Origin: a bacterium
GTDB taxonomy: Bacteria; Hydrothermota; Tepidihabitantia; Tepidihabitantales; Tepidihabitantaceae
Reading direction: 5' to 3'
DNA: 25,762 nucleotides
Assembly (NCBI GenBank): GCA_046485285.1
Contig: JAWOHE010000079.1
Span: forward strand, 1 to 25,762
Within the stretch, counting starts at the first letter, position 1, and the number at the start of each line of letters is the position of its first letter. The notes beneath the pieces were generated by a model. It ran no database searches, was not told the DNA's origin, and saw nothing but the letters and a program-made list of their open reading frames with translations. Positions 9,188 to 19,863 of this stretch are shown piece by piece. Made by a program: the position numbers and the translations under genes.

Positions 9188-10399
9188 GTGATATACGTCT
9201 ACGAGGACGAGGGCTGGTCCGGCCTTGACCCGCTTTGCGACCTGAGGCCCGTCTTCGACCTGCGCTGCGGGCGGCTCACCCTGCTTGAGAAGCTGCGCCG
9301 GCGGTACCCGCGCGAGGTATGCAGCCTCTGGGTGCGCGACGAGCTTGCCGCGGTGAGCGCCGAGGCGCACCCCGACTGCACGGTGAACCGGCCGCCGGCG
9401 GGAGGCCGGTTATTCTTCTCGGGCCGCGCCATCCTCGACGAGCACATCGCGCCGCTCGGGCGCGAGGCGGTCCTGATGGCCGGGGATGAGGTTGTCGGGT
9501 TCCGGGTTTGCACCGACTGCGCTGTCAGGATATCGTCGCTCGCCGGGCTGAGCGCGACGCTGGCCGTGGAGCAGGTGAAGGCGCGGGTGGTGCGCCACCC
9601 GTGGGACGTTGTCGACTTCAATGCCGGCGAGTTGGAGAGGGAACTGGGACGAAGACACGGTCCGGCAGGCGGGGGACCGAAGTCGCGGGCCGGGACCAGG
9701 CGTGCGACGCTGCCGAGGGGCGTCGAGCTGGTCGGTCCGCCCGGGCGACTTGCGATCGCGCGCGGGGCACGGGTGTGGCCCGGTGCGGTGATCTCGACCG
9801 AAACCGGCCCGGTACTGATCGAGCGCAGGGCCTCGGTGCGCCCCGGGAGTCTAGTCGAGGGGCCTTGCTGGGTGGGGCCGGGGACGGTCATTGACGGCGC
9901 AAAGGTCCGGCCGGGATGCAGTCTTGGTCCCGACTGCCGGGTTGGCGGAGAAATTGAGGCCAGCGTGTTCCAGGGGCGCTCCAACAAGCACCACCACGGC
10001 TTCATCGGGCACGCCTTCGTCGGCGAGTGGGTGAACCTCGGCGCAGGGACGACCAACTCCGACCTCAAGAACGCCTACGGGTCGGTCCGGGTGAGGATCG
10101 ACGGGCGCGATGTCGATACCGGCCGGCTCAAGGTCGGCTGTTTCGTCGGCGACCACGCCAAGACCGCGATCGGCACCCTCCTGAACACGGGGACGGTGGT
10201 CGGCAGCTTCGCCAACTGGTTCGAGCCGGGGCTTTCTCCCAGGTCGATCCCCAGGTTCGCGCGCGGCGCGAGTGCGCGCGAATCGCTCGCGGCCGTGCTG
10301 GCGACGGCCCGGACAATGATGGCCCGGCGCGGCGTTTCTCCCTCGGCCGCCTGGGCGCAGCTCGTTGCCCGGCTGTACCGCCGACGTTTCCGGGCCTAG
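9188..10399 (+). CDS. Putative sugar nucleotidyltransferase / GlmU-related left-handed beta-helix protein
   Basis: N-terminal LDPLCDLRPVFDLRCGRLTL, hexapeptide repeats, SNKHHHGFIGHAFVGEWVNLGAGTTNSDLKN. Confidence 0.88.
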   Translation: MIYVYEDEGWSGLDPLCDLRPVFDLRCGRLTLLEKLRRRYPREVCSLWVRDELAAVSAEAHPDCTVNRPPAGGRLFFSGRAILDEHIAPLGREAVLMAGDEVVGFRVCTDCAVRISSLAGLSATLAVEQVKARVVRHPWDVVDFNAGELERELGRRHGPAGGGPKSRAGTRRATLPRGVELVGPPGRLAIARGARVWPGAVISTETGPVLIERRASVRPGSLVEGPCWVGPGTVIDGAKVRPGCSLGPDCRVGGEIEASVFQGRSNKHHHGFIGHAFVGEWVNLGAGTTNSDLKNAYGSVRVRIDGRDVDTGRLKVGCFVGDHAKTAIGTLLNTGTVVGSFANWFEPGLSPRSIPRFARGASARESLAAVLATARTMMARRGVSPSAAWAQLVARLYRRRFRA

Positions 10400-10403
10400 C
10401 GCA

Positions 10404-11417
10404 ATGGCGCTGGCCATCGGCGTCGACATCGGCGGTACCAACATCAGGGTCGGCGTCGTCGATTCGACCGGCAAGGTCGTCGAGCGCCGGAGGCTGGCCA
10501 CCAACGCGTCGGCCGGACCGCGCCAGGCACTCGACCGGCTGGCCGAGGCAGTCGCGGGACTTGCGCGGGGCCGGGCCATCGCCGGGCTGGGAGTAGGCAT
10601 CGCCGGGCTGGTTGATCACCGCTACGGCGTCGTTCGCGTGCCGCCGAACCTGCCCGGTTGGCATGGCACCGACGTGGCGCGCGAGCTTGAAGAGCGCACC
10701 GGGTTCAAGGTCAGCGTGACCAACGACGCGAACGCGGTGACGCTGGGTGAGTGGCGTTACGGTGCAGGTGAAGGCTGTAGGAACCTGTTCTGCGTGACGC
10801 TCGGGACCGGGGTCGGCGGCGGGGCGGTAGTCGACGGCCGGCTGGCTGTCGGCCACAACGGCGCCGCGGGCGAACTCGGCCATACCGTGATCTTCGGCAA
10901 CGGGTTGCCCTGCCGCTGCGGCGGGAGGGGCTGTCTCGAGCGCTATGTCGGTGCCGACTACGTTGTCAGGCGGGCGCGCGAGCGGGTGAAGGCCCAGGTC
11001 CGGCAACTGACCGTCCACAAGGACCAGTTGCCGATGTTTGACGGCGTGCGGTCGGAGAAGCCGTCACTCCTCATCGATATCTGCGGCCCGCGACTGCGCG
11101 GCCTGACGCTCCGTGAGGTCGGCCAAGCGGCTCGACAGCGTGATCCGTTGGCGCTCGACCTGGTGACCGAGATAGGCCACTATGTCGGGCTCGGGGTTGT
11201 CAATGTCGTGGCACTCCTCGACCCTGAACGGGTGATCATCGGCGGAGGCGTGGCCGGTCTGGGCCAGCCACTGCTCAAGTCGATCCAGCGGACGGTGCAC
11301 AGACGCAGTCAGGTCTTTGACGGTCGCCGGCTGGAAATTGTCTTCGCCAGACTGGGAGACGATGCCGGGGTGGTGGGGGCGAGCCGGATGGCCGAGAACC
11401 GGCTCGGGGCCGGCTAG
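10404..11417 (+). CDS. ROK family sugar kinase (glucokinase-like)
   Basis: GVDIGGT, NDANA, TLGTGVGGG, GELGH, Zn motif CRCGGRGCLE; no N-terminal HTH. Confidence 0.93.
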   Translation: MALAIGVDIGGTNIRVGVVDSTGKVVERRRLATNASAGPRQALDRLAEAVAGLARGRAIAGLGVGIAGLVDHRYGVVRVPPNLPGWHGTDVARELEERTGFKVSVTNDANAVTLGEWRYGAGEGCRNLFCVTLGTGVGGGAVVDGRLAVGHNGAAGELGHTVIFGNGLPCRCGGRGCLERYVGADYVVRRARERVKAQVRQLTVHKDQLPMFDGVRSEKPSLLIDICGPRLRGLTLREVGQAARQRDPLALDLVTEIGHYVGLGVVNVVALLDPERVIIGGGVAGLGQPLLKSIQRTVHRRSQVFDGRRLEIVFARLGDDAGVVGASRMAENRLGAG

Positions 11418-12072
11418 ACCCGGCCCATCAGGAAGTTCCAGAGCCCGCCGCCGACCGGCTTCTCCATGATGAAGCTGCCGTCCTGGATGAACGGGCGAAA
11501 CTCCTGGGCGTAGTACAGCCGGCGCTGGGGGATGTTGGAACCGTACCAGCTCCGGCCCTGCTCGAGGATGCGGTACAGAGTGTTGTCGTAGTCACCGTTC
11601 ATCGTCCTGAAGCCGTAGCTGAGCAGGGTGATCAGCATCGCGACATGGCGCGGGTAGGCGACGACCGAACGAGCCCGGTTTTTCTTCGCGAGCGCCATGA
11701 CCATCTCGGCCATGAACAGCGAGTAGTTCCGCTGGCGGTATTTTGGCCGCATGTAGGCCCGCGTCAGTTCCCAGCGTCGCTCGTCGCGGCCTTCGGCGTC
11801 GAGCCAGCGCGGGTCCATACGGTCGTAGCCCATGTACTCGGCTCCGGATTCCTTTGAGCCAACATAGACCTCGAAGATATCCTCGCCGGTGACCGCATCG
11901 TGATAGCGGCGGACAGAAAACCAGTGGTCGCCGGCCCTGATTTCCGGTTTCGGGTAGGTAAGCTTCGCCTCGGGTTTGGACTTGATGTAGCGCGTCAGCT
12001 CGTCCATGTTCCGTGCCGGGATCACCTCGGTTACCCGCCGGACCCACTGCAGTACCGTCGGCCTGTCAATCA

Positions 12073-12076
<4 letters not shown>
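11414..12076 (-). CDS. Hypothetical protein with a possible divergent GNAT fold
   Basis: LTRAYMRPKYRQRNYS resembles GNAT motif A and is followed by LLSYGF; start overlaps the ftsK stop (ATGA). Confidence 0.65.
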
Positions 12077-14775
<2,699 letters not shown>

Positions 14776-14778
14776 CGG

Positions 14779-15423
14779 CTAGATCACCGGCTGGCCGGCG
14801 AATAAGAGGCTGAAGACCCGGACCAGCGGGAACAGGTAGAGACCGAAGAGCGACAGGCCGGTGAACCGGCCGAGGAAGATGATGCCGATGAGAATCATGA
14901 AGCCGTACCGCTCGAGTTGCGCATACTTCGCCGCCAGGTCGGGCGGTAGAAAGTAATACACGAGTCGCGAGCCGTCAAGCGGGGGAATCGGCAGCAGGTT
15001 GAAGAAGCAGAGGATGAGGTTGAACAGCACGAAGTACTGGAGGAGCAAGGCCGGGAACCCGGCGACGCCGGCAAGGTACGACAGCCGGAGCAGGAGCCCG
15101 GCGACCGCGGCAGTCGCGAGGTTCGCGGCCGGACCGGCCAGCGCGGACAGCGCCATGTCCCGGGTGGGGTGGCGGAAGTAGGTCGGGTCGATAATGACCG
15201 GCTTGGCCCAGCCGAACCGGAACAGGATGAGTGCGATCGTGCCGACCGGGTCGAGGTGCTTGAGCGGGTTGAGCGTGAGCCGGCCCATCGACCTGGCGGT
15301 GGGGTCGCCGAGCCGCCAGGCGACCCAGCCGTGGGCGAGTTCGTGGACCGTCAGCCCAAACAGGATGGCGGGCATCGAGAGGACGACGCCGCGGAGGATT
15401 TCCGACCAGTTGCCGGTGAGCAT
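14779..15423 (-). CDS. Site-2 protease family (M50) membrane Zn protease
   Basis: HELAH, AGPAAN, FNLLPIPPLDG. Confidence 0.95.
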   Translation of the reverse strand: MLTGNWSEILRGVVLSMPAILFGLTVHELAHGWVAWRLGDPTARSMGRLTLNPLKHLDPVGTIALILFRFGWAKPVIIDPTYFRHPTRDMALSALAGPAANLATAAVAGLLLRLSYLAGVAGFPALLLQYFVLFNLILCFFNLLPIPPLDGSRLVYYFLPPDLAAKYAQLERYGFMILIGIIFLGRFTGLSLFGLYLFPLVRVFSLLFAGQPVI

Positions 15424-15426
15424 CGC

Positions 15427-16770
15427 TCAGCCCTGCTGGCGCCGGACAAGCCGGCGGGCCAGCGCGAGTTCGTCCTCCCGGGTCCGGACCCGGCCGTCGA
15501 GCCGGGCCTGCCGGAGTCGTTCGATGGTCGCGCGAAAGGCAGGGCCGGGTCTGAGGCCGAGCGCGGACAGGTCCCGGCCGCCGAGGAGCGGCTCGACGTC
15601 GGCCAGTTGGTGAAGATACGTGCCGATGGTGTCCTCGGCCGCCGGGCTGGAGGTCGCCGCGATGACCTTGAGCGCCGGAACCGGCAACGGCCTGAGCAGG
15701 CGGTAGACCGTGCTCGGGCGGCGCGCGCGGGCCAGCCGGCGGACGAGGCCCGGCGCCCGGCGCACGGCCCGGGCCGCCTCGCGCTGGCCGCGGGTGACCG
15801 GGAACCGGGGGTTGTCGGGGAGGGCGGCGAGAAGGTAGACGTAGAGGAGCTCCGGCTCCCTTGTCCGGCGGCCGAGCCGGGCCAGCCCGGCGATGAAGCC
15901 CGGGCCGGGCCCCCGGCGCTCCGCGCCGGGAGTCCGTTCCGGAATCCTGATGAAGGTCTCGTTCTCCCCGCGCCACAGGCGCGGCTTGCCGGCGGCCAGG
16001 GGCCGCCGGGCGAAGCAGGCCTCGAACAGGCCTTCCCGCCGGGCGGCTTCGAACATCCGCGGCGCGTGTTCCTCGGCGCAGAAGCAGCGCAGTTCGTGCA
16101 GGACGCGCCCGGGCGTGAGCAGGCCGGGCAGGCCGGCCGCGACCGCGGCGCGCATCAGCCCGAGCGTGCCGGCCTCGATCTCGAACTCGAGGCGGACCGC
16201 GAACCGGATGGCGCGGAAGATGCGGGTCGGGTCGTCGGTGAAGCTGGCCGGGTGCAGGACCCGGATAACCCGCCCGGCCAGGTCGGTCTGGCCGGAGTGC
16301 GGGTCGATGAGCCGGCCGAATCGGCCCGGCGTCAGCTCGACCGCCATCGCGTTGACGGTGAAGTCGCGCCGGGAGAGGTCGGCTTCGACCGGCGCGGGCA
16401 GTACCGCGGGCAGGACGGCGGGCCGCTGGTAGCGCTCGGTGCGGCAGCGAGCGACGTCGATGCGGCCGCCGTCGGGCAGGAGCAGGGTCCCGGTCAGGAA
16501 CCGGGCGTGAGACAGGAACCGGCCGCCGAGCCGCGTGGCGAGCGCGTCACCGACCCGCCGGATGTCGCCCTCGACCGCGAGGTCCGAGTCCGGGCTCGAG
16601 CGGCCGAGCAGGATGTCGCGGACCGGGCCGCCGACCAGGAACGAGCGCGCGCCCGCGGAGCGGGCGACCCGGCCGAGGAGCCGAAGTCGTTCCTCGCCGG
16701 GCAGCGGCCGGGGCAGGCGGGCCTGCCCGCGCCCAAGCAGGCGGGCGCCGGCCGCCGGTCTAGAAGCCAA
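15427..16770 (-). CDS. Class II tRNA nucleotidyltransferase (CCA- or A-adding) with a 33-aa repeat-derived insert
   Basis: VGGPVRD...DSD, DLSRRDFTVNAMA, DDPTRIFRAIRF. Start is uncertain; the nearest in-frame start is TTG at 16770, overlapping the upstream stop. Confidence 0.9.
   Translation of the reverse strand: MASRPAAGARLLGRGQARLPRPLPGEERLRLLGRVARSAGARSFLVGGPVRDILLGRSSPDSDLAVEGDIRRVGDALATRLGGRFLSHARFLTGTLLLPDGGRIDVARCRTERYQRPAVLPAVLPAPVEADLSRRDFTVNAMAVELTPGRFGRLIDPHSGQTDLAGRVIRVLHPASFTDDPTRIFRAIRFAVRLEFEIEAGTLGLMRAAVAAGLPGLLTPGRVLHELRCFCAEEHAPRMFEAARREGLFEACFARRPLAAGKPRLWRGENETFIRIPERTPGAERRGPGPGFIAGLARLGRRTREPELLYVYLLAALPDNPRFPVTRGQREAARAVRRAPGLVRRLARARRPSTVYRLLRPLPVPALKVIAATSSPAAEDTIGTYLHQLADVEPLLGGRDLSALGLRPGPAFRATIERLRQARLDGRVRTREDELALARRLVRRQQG
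15911..16009 (-). repeat. Repeat family B copy 1 (99 nt, multi-hairpin), in frame inside the nucleotidyltransferase
   Basis: Reverse complement matches 19628-19726 at 98/99 positions. Confidence 0.95.
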
Positions 16771-17068
16771 GGGTGCGAGCGGCGTCGTCCCGGCCCTGGA
16801 TGTTGATCTTGCCGAACCGTTCCTCGAACTTGGCGAGGTTGTCCTTGAGCGCATTGTGGAGCATCCGGGCGTGCTGGGGTGTCATCACGATGCGGGCGAA
16901 GACCTTGGCCTTGGACAGGCCGGGCAGCATCCGCGCGAAGTCGATGATGAACTCCGACGGCGAATGGGCGATGAGGACGAAGTTCGAATAGATGCCCTCG
17001 GATTCCTTTTCGCCGATCTCGACCTGGACCGGTTGACCCTGCGGGGCGGGCTTGCGGTCAGTGTCCAT
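16760..17068 (-). CDS. DUF3467 family protein
   Basis: GIYSNFVLIAHSPSEFIIDFAR...RIVMTPQHA...FEERFGKI; SD AAGGAG upstream. Confidence 0.9.
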   Translation of the reverse strand: MDTDRKPAPQGQPVQVEIGEKESEGIYSNFVLIAHSPSEFIIDFARMLPGLSKAKVFARIVMTPQHARMLHNALKDNLAKFEERFGKINIQGRDDAARTLGF

Positions 17069-17085
17069 TCATTCTCCTTTCACCG

Positions 17086-17113
17086 ATTCTAGAGGAGCGG
17101 GCCGGGTCGTCAA
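17086..17113 (-). promoter_or_regulatory. Promoter of the DUF3467-nucleotidyltransferase-S2P-ftsK operon
   Basis: TTGACG (17113-17108), 16 nt, TAGAAT (17091-17086). Confidence 0.72.
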
Positions 17114-17126
17114 GCTCGGCGCTCCG

Positions 17127-17203
17127 CGCCGGGGCGGGGGAGAAGACGGGAGACGGGAAACCGGTCCCCGGTCTTCGGTCCTCGGTCTCCGCCGCGCCGG
17201 GGG
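17127..17203. repeat. Repeat family A copy 2 (3+4 inverted heptamers), intergenic
   Basis: 74/77 identical to 19746-19822; preceded by CGGCGCTCCGCGCCGGG, which is shared with the end of family B. Confidence 0.95.
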
Positions 17204-18406
17204 TCACTCGCCGACGAGGCGGAGGAACCTGCGCTTGCCGACCTTGAGCACGACCGGCTTCGCGCCGACCGTGACGACAAGGCCGGGGTCGCCGACCCGC
17301 TCGCCGCCGAGGTAGACCGCGCCCTCGGCGAGCTTGCGCCGCGCTTCGCTCTTCGACGGCAGGAGCCCGGCGCCCGCGACGAGTTCGATGATGTTGATCC
17401 CCGCGGCCGGGACCCTGAACTCGGCCATCTCGCCGGGGAGCTGTTTGTCCCGGAAGACCCGGTCGAACTCCTCGGCTGCCGCCCGGGCCGCCGTGGCCGA
17501 GTGGTAGATCGCGATGACGTCCCGGGCCAGCTCGACCTTGACGTCCCGGGGATTCTCGCCGGCATTGAGTCGGGCTTCGACCGCCTTCACCTCCGCCTCG
17601 CCACGGTCGGTGCAGAGTCGGAAGTAGTCGAGGATCATCGTGTCGGCGATCGACATCAGCTTGCCGAACATCTCGCCGGGCGGGTCGGTGATGGCGACGT
17701 AGTTGCCGTAGGATTTCGACATCTTCTGGACGCCGTCGAGCCCGACGAGCAGCGGGACCGTCATCACGACCTGTGGTTCCTGGCCGAATTCGCGCTGGAG
17801 CTCCCGCCCGACGAGCAGGTTCCAGTACTGGTCCGCGCCGCCGAGCTCGACGTCGGCCCTGACCATCACCGAGTCGTAGCCCTGGAACAGCGGGTAGAGC
17901 AGTTCGTGGGCGTGTACCGGCGCGCCGGCGTCGAGTCGCTTGCGGAAGTCCTCGCGCTCGAGGATCCGGGCGACGGTGTAGCGGGCGGCGATGGCGATGA
18001 CCTCGGCGGCGCGCAGCGGGTCGGACCACTCGGAGTTATAGCAGAACTCGCAGCGGTCCGGGTCGAGGATGCGGAAGGCCTGCTCGCGGTAGCGCGCCAT
18101 GTTGAGCCGGATCTCCTCGTCGCTGAGCTGGGGCCGGGTCCGGGACCGGCCGGACGGGTCGCCGATGCGGGCGGTGAAGTCGCCGACGATGAGCACAGCG
18201 AGGTGGCCGGCGTCCTGGAACCGGCGGAGCTTGCGCAGCGGCACCGCGAAGCCGAGGTGGATGTCCGGGCCGGTGGCGTCGATGCCGAGTTTGACCCGGA
18301 GCGGGCGGCCGCTGCGCCGCGACTCGGCCAGCCGGGCCTCGAGCTCTACCCGGGTCTCGAGCCGGTCGATGCCGGCGAGGAGCTCGGCGATGCCCGGGGC
18401 GGCCAC
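17204..18406 (-). CDS. tyrS: Tyrosine--tRNA ligase
   Basis: KLGIDATGPDIHLGF, GDFTARIGDPSG, YPLFQGYDS, KMSKS, C-terminal S4-like domain; GTG start. Confidence 0.98.
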   Translation of the reverse strand: MAAPGIAELLAGIDRLETRVELEARLAESRRSGRPLRVKLGIDATGPDIHLGFAVPLRKLRRFQDAGHLAVLIVGDFTARIGDPSGRSRTRPQLSDEEIRLNMARYREQAFRILDPDRCEFCYNSEWSDPLRAAEVIAIAARYTVARILEREDFRKRLDAGAPVHAHELLYPLFQGYDSVMVRADVELGGADQYWNLLVGRELQREFGQEPQVVMTVPLLVGLDGVQKMSKSYGNYVAITDPPGEMFGKLMSIADTMILDYFRLCTDRGEAEVKAVEARLNAGENPRDVKVELARDVIAIYHSATAARAAAEEFDRVFRDKQLPGEMAEFRVPAAGINIIELVAGAGLLPSKSEARRKLAEGAVYLGGERVGDPGLVVTVGAKPVVLKVGKRRFLRLVGE

Positions 18407-18408
18407 GG

Positions 18409-18891
18409 CTACATCCGGTAGTTACCGAAGTCCTCGGGCTCGATCTCGCGCAGGCGGCTCCGGAGTTCGTCGAGCCGGCCTTCGTCCTCGGCCCGGATGA
18501 CGTGACCGGCACGCTCCATGACCTCCTCGGCGACGAAGATCGGCACGTCGGCGCGGAGGGCGAGACCGATCGAGTCCGACGGCCGGGCGTCGACCGAGAC
18601 GACCCCGGCCGGGCCGTCGATGACGACCTGGGCGAAGAAGGTGTCCTGCTCGAGCCGGCTGACGATGACCCGGCGGATCGTGCCGCCGAGACTCTCGGTG
18701 ACGAGCCGCATCAGGTCGAGCGTCATCGGCCGGGGAAAGTCGGTGCGCTGGAGGGCGTAGGCGATTGCCGACGCCTCGAACGGCCCGATGTAGATCGGCA
18801 GGACGCGGTCGGCGCCGTTTTCGCGGAGGAGAACAACCGGCGAGTTGTTGGTGTTGTCTACCAGGAGTCCGTCAACACGGACTTCGATCAT
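18409..18891 (-). CDS. Bifunctional nuclease family (DUF151) protein
   Basis: LPIYIGPFEASAI, PRPMTLDL, DARPSDSIGLALR. Confidence 0.93.
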   Translation of the reverse strand: MIEVRVDGLLVDNTNNSPVVLLRENGADRVLPIYIGPFEASAIAYALQRTDFPRPMTLDLMRLVTESLGGTIRRVIVSRLEQDTFFAQVVIDGPAGVVSVDARPSDSIGLALRADVPIFVAEEVMERAGHVIRAEDEGRLDELRSRLREIEPEDFGNYRM

Positions 18892-19334
18892 GCCTGCTCT
18901 TCGGCAACCCAGACCTTGACCGTCGCGGTGACCTCGTGGCCGAGCTTGACCGGCACCTCGTGGACGCCGGGCGTCTTGATCGGGTCGGCGAGGACGATCG
19001 AGTGCTTGTCGATCTCGAAGCCCTCTTTCGCGAGCAGGGCGGCGATGTCGGCGTTGGTGACCGCGCCGAAGGCGCCTTCCTCGCCCATCCGGAGCGAGGT
19101 CTTGACCGAGGCCAGCGCGAGCCGGCCGGCGAGGTCGGTCAGCCGCCCGCGGACCTTGTCCTCGCGCGCGGCGAACTGGCTCTTGATGCTGTCGAGCCGG
19201 CCGAGGTTCGCCGGCGTCGCGGGCAGGGCGAGGTTGCGGGGAAGCAGGTAGTTGCGCGCGTAGCCGTCCTTGACGTTGACGACCTGGCCGCTCGCGCCGA
19301 CGCGGTCGATGCTCCGGGTGAGAATGACCTTCAT
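18888..19334 (-). CDS. rplI: 50S ribosomal protein L9
   Basis: MKVIL...VVNVKDGYARNYLLPR; true start at 19334 overlaps the rpsR stop (TGATG). Confidence 0.97.
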   Translation of the reverse strand: MKVILTRSIDRVGASGQVVNVKDGYARNYLLPRNLALPATPANLGRLDSIKSQFAAREDKVRGRLTDLAGRLALASVKTSLRMGEEGAFGAVTNADIAALLAKEGFEIDKHSIVLADPIKTPGVHEVPVKLGHEVTATVKVWVAEEQA

Positions 19335-19588
19335 CAGGCGGAGAAAGGCAGCAGGGCGAGACTGCGGGCGGTCTTGATGGCGAGGGTCAGCGCACGCTGG
19401 TGCCGGGTGCAGACGCCGGACAGCTTGGACGGGACGACCTTGCCGCGGTCGGTCAGGAAGTTGCGCAGGTGCGGGTCCTTGTAGTCGATGTAACCGACCG
19501 AGTTCTCGCAGAAATAGCACACTTTGCGCCGGGTGCCGAAGCGGCGGCGGGGCCGGCCGGTGCGGGGACCGTGAGTTCTCTTCATCAT
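19334..19588 (-). CDS. rpsR: 30S ribosomal protein S18 (Zn-binding type)
   Basis: KVCYFC...IDYKD...RGKVVPSKLSGVCTRHQR...ALLPF; ATG at 19588 or 19585. Confidence 0.97.
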   Translation of the reverse strand: MMKRTHGPRTGRPRRRFGTRRKVCYFCENSVGYIDYKDPHLRNFLTDRGKVVPSKLSGVCTRHQRALTLAIKTARSLALLPFSA

Positions 19589-19598
19589 AGGCTGGAGA

Positions 19599-19626
19599 AG
19601 GATAGGCGGATTCCGCGCTCTGTCAA
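19599..19626 (-). promoter_or_regulatory. Promoter of rpsR-rplI-DUF151-tyrS
   Basis: TTGACA (19626-19621), 16 nt, TATCCT (19604-19599); ATG 10 nt later, no SD. Confidence 0.72.
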
Positions 19627-19627
19627 G

Positions 19628-19748
19628 CCGGCGGCCCCTGGCCGCCGGCAAGCCGCGCCTGCGGCGCGGGGAGAACGAGACCTTCATCAGGATTCCGGAA
19701 CGGACTCCCGGCGCGGAGCGCCGGGGCCCCTGGCCGCCGGCAAGCCGC
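19628..19748 (+). repeat. Repeat family B copy 2 plus a 24-nt partial second unit
   Basis: 19628-19726 matches the intragenic copy; GGCCCCTGGCCGCCGGCAAGCCGC is directly repeated at 19633-19656 and 19725-19748. Confidence 0.95.
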
Positions 19749-19822
19749 CGGGGCGGGGGAGAAGACGGGAGACGGGAGACCGGTCCCCGGTCTTTGGTCC
19801 TCGGTCTCCTCCGCGCCGGGGG
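19746..19822. repeat. Repeat family A copy 3, fused to family B
   Basis: GAAGACG GGAGACG GGAGACC | GGTCCCC GGTCTTT GGTCCTC GGTCTCC with the same flanks as copy 2. Confidence 0.95.
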
Positions 19823-19828
19823 CCGGGC

Positions 19829-19856
19829 TTGACATCCGGGCGCGGCCGGGCAGAGT
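19829..19856 (+). promoter_or_regulatory. Putative promoter of the EEP gene (leaderless)
   Basis: TTGACA (19829-19834), 16 nt, CAGAGT (imperfect -10); ATG 7 nt later. Confidence 0.5.
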
Positions 19857-19863
19857 ATCGGCG

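Noticed and set aside
15925-15970. CTGATGA in family B suggesting a hammerhead ribozyme
   Set aside because: No stem II followed by GAAA, and stems I and III cannot be formed.
18240-18270. TyrRS HIGH motif reads HLGF
   Set aside because: A single-residue variant with KMSKS and the other motifs intact; not evidence of altered function.
19633-19748. 24-nt palindromic direct repeats as a mini-CRISPR
   Set aside because: Only two repeats, a 68-nt spacer, no cas genes, and repeat plus spacer recur together inside a gene.
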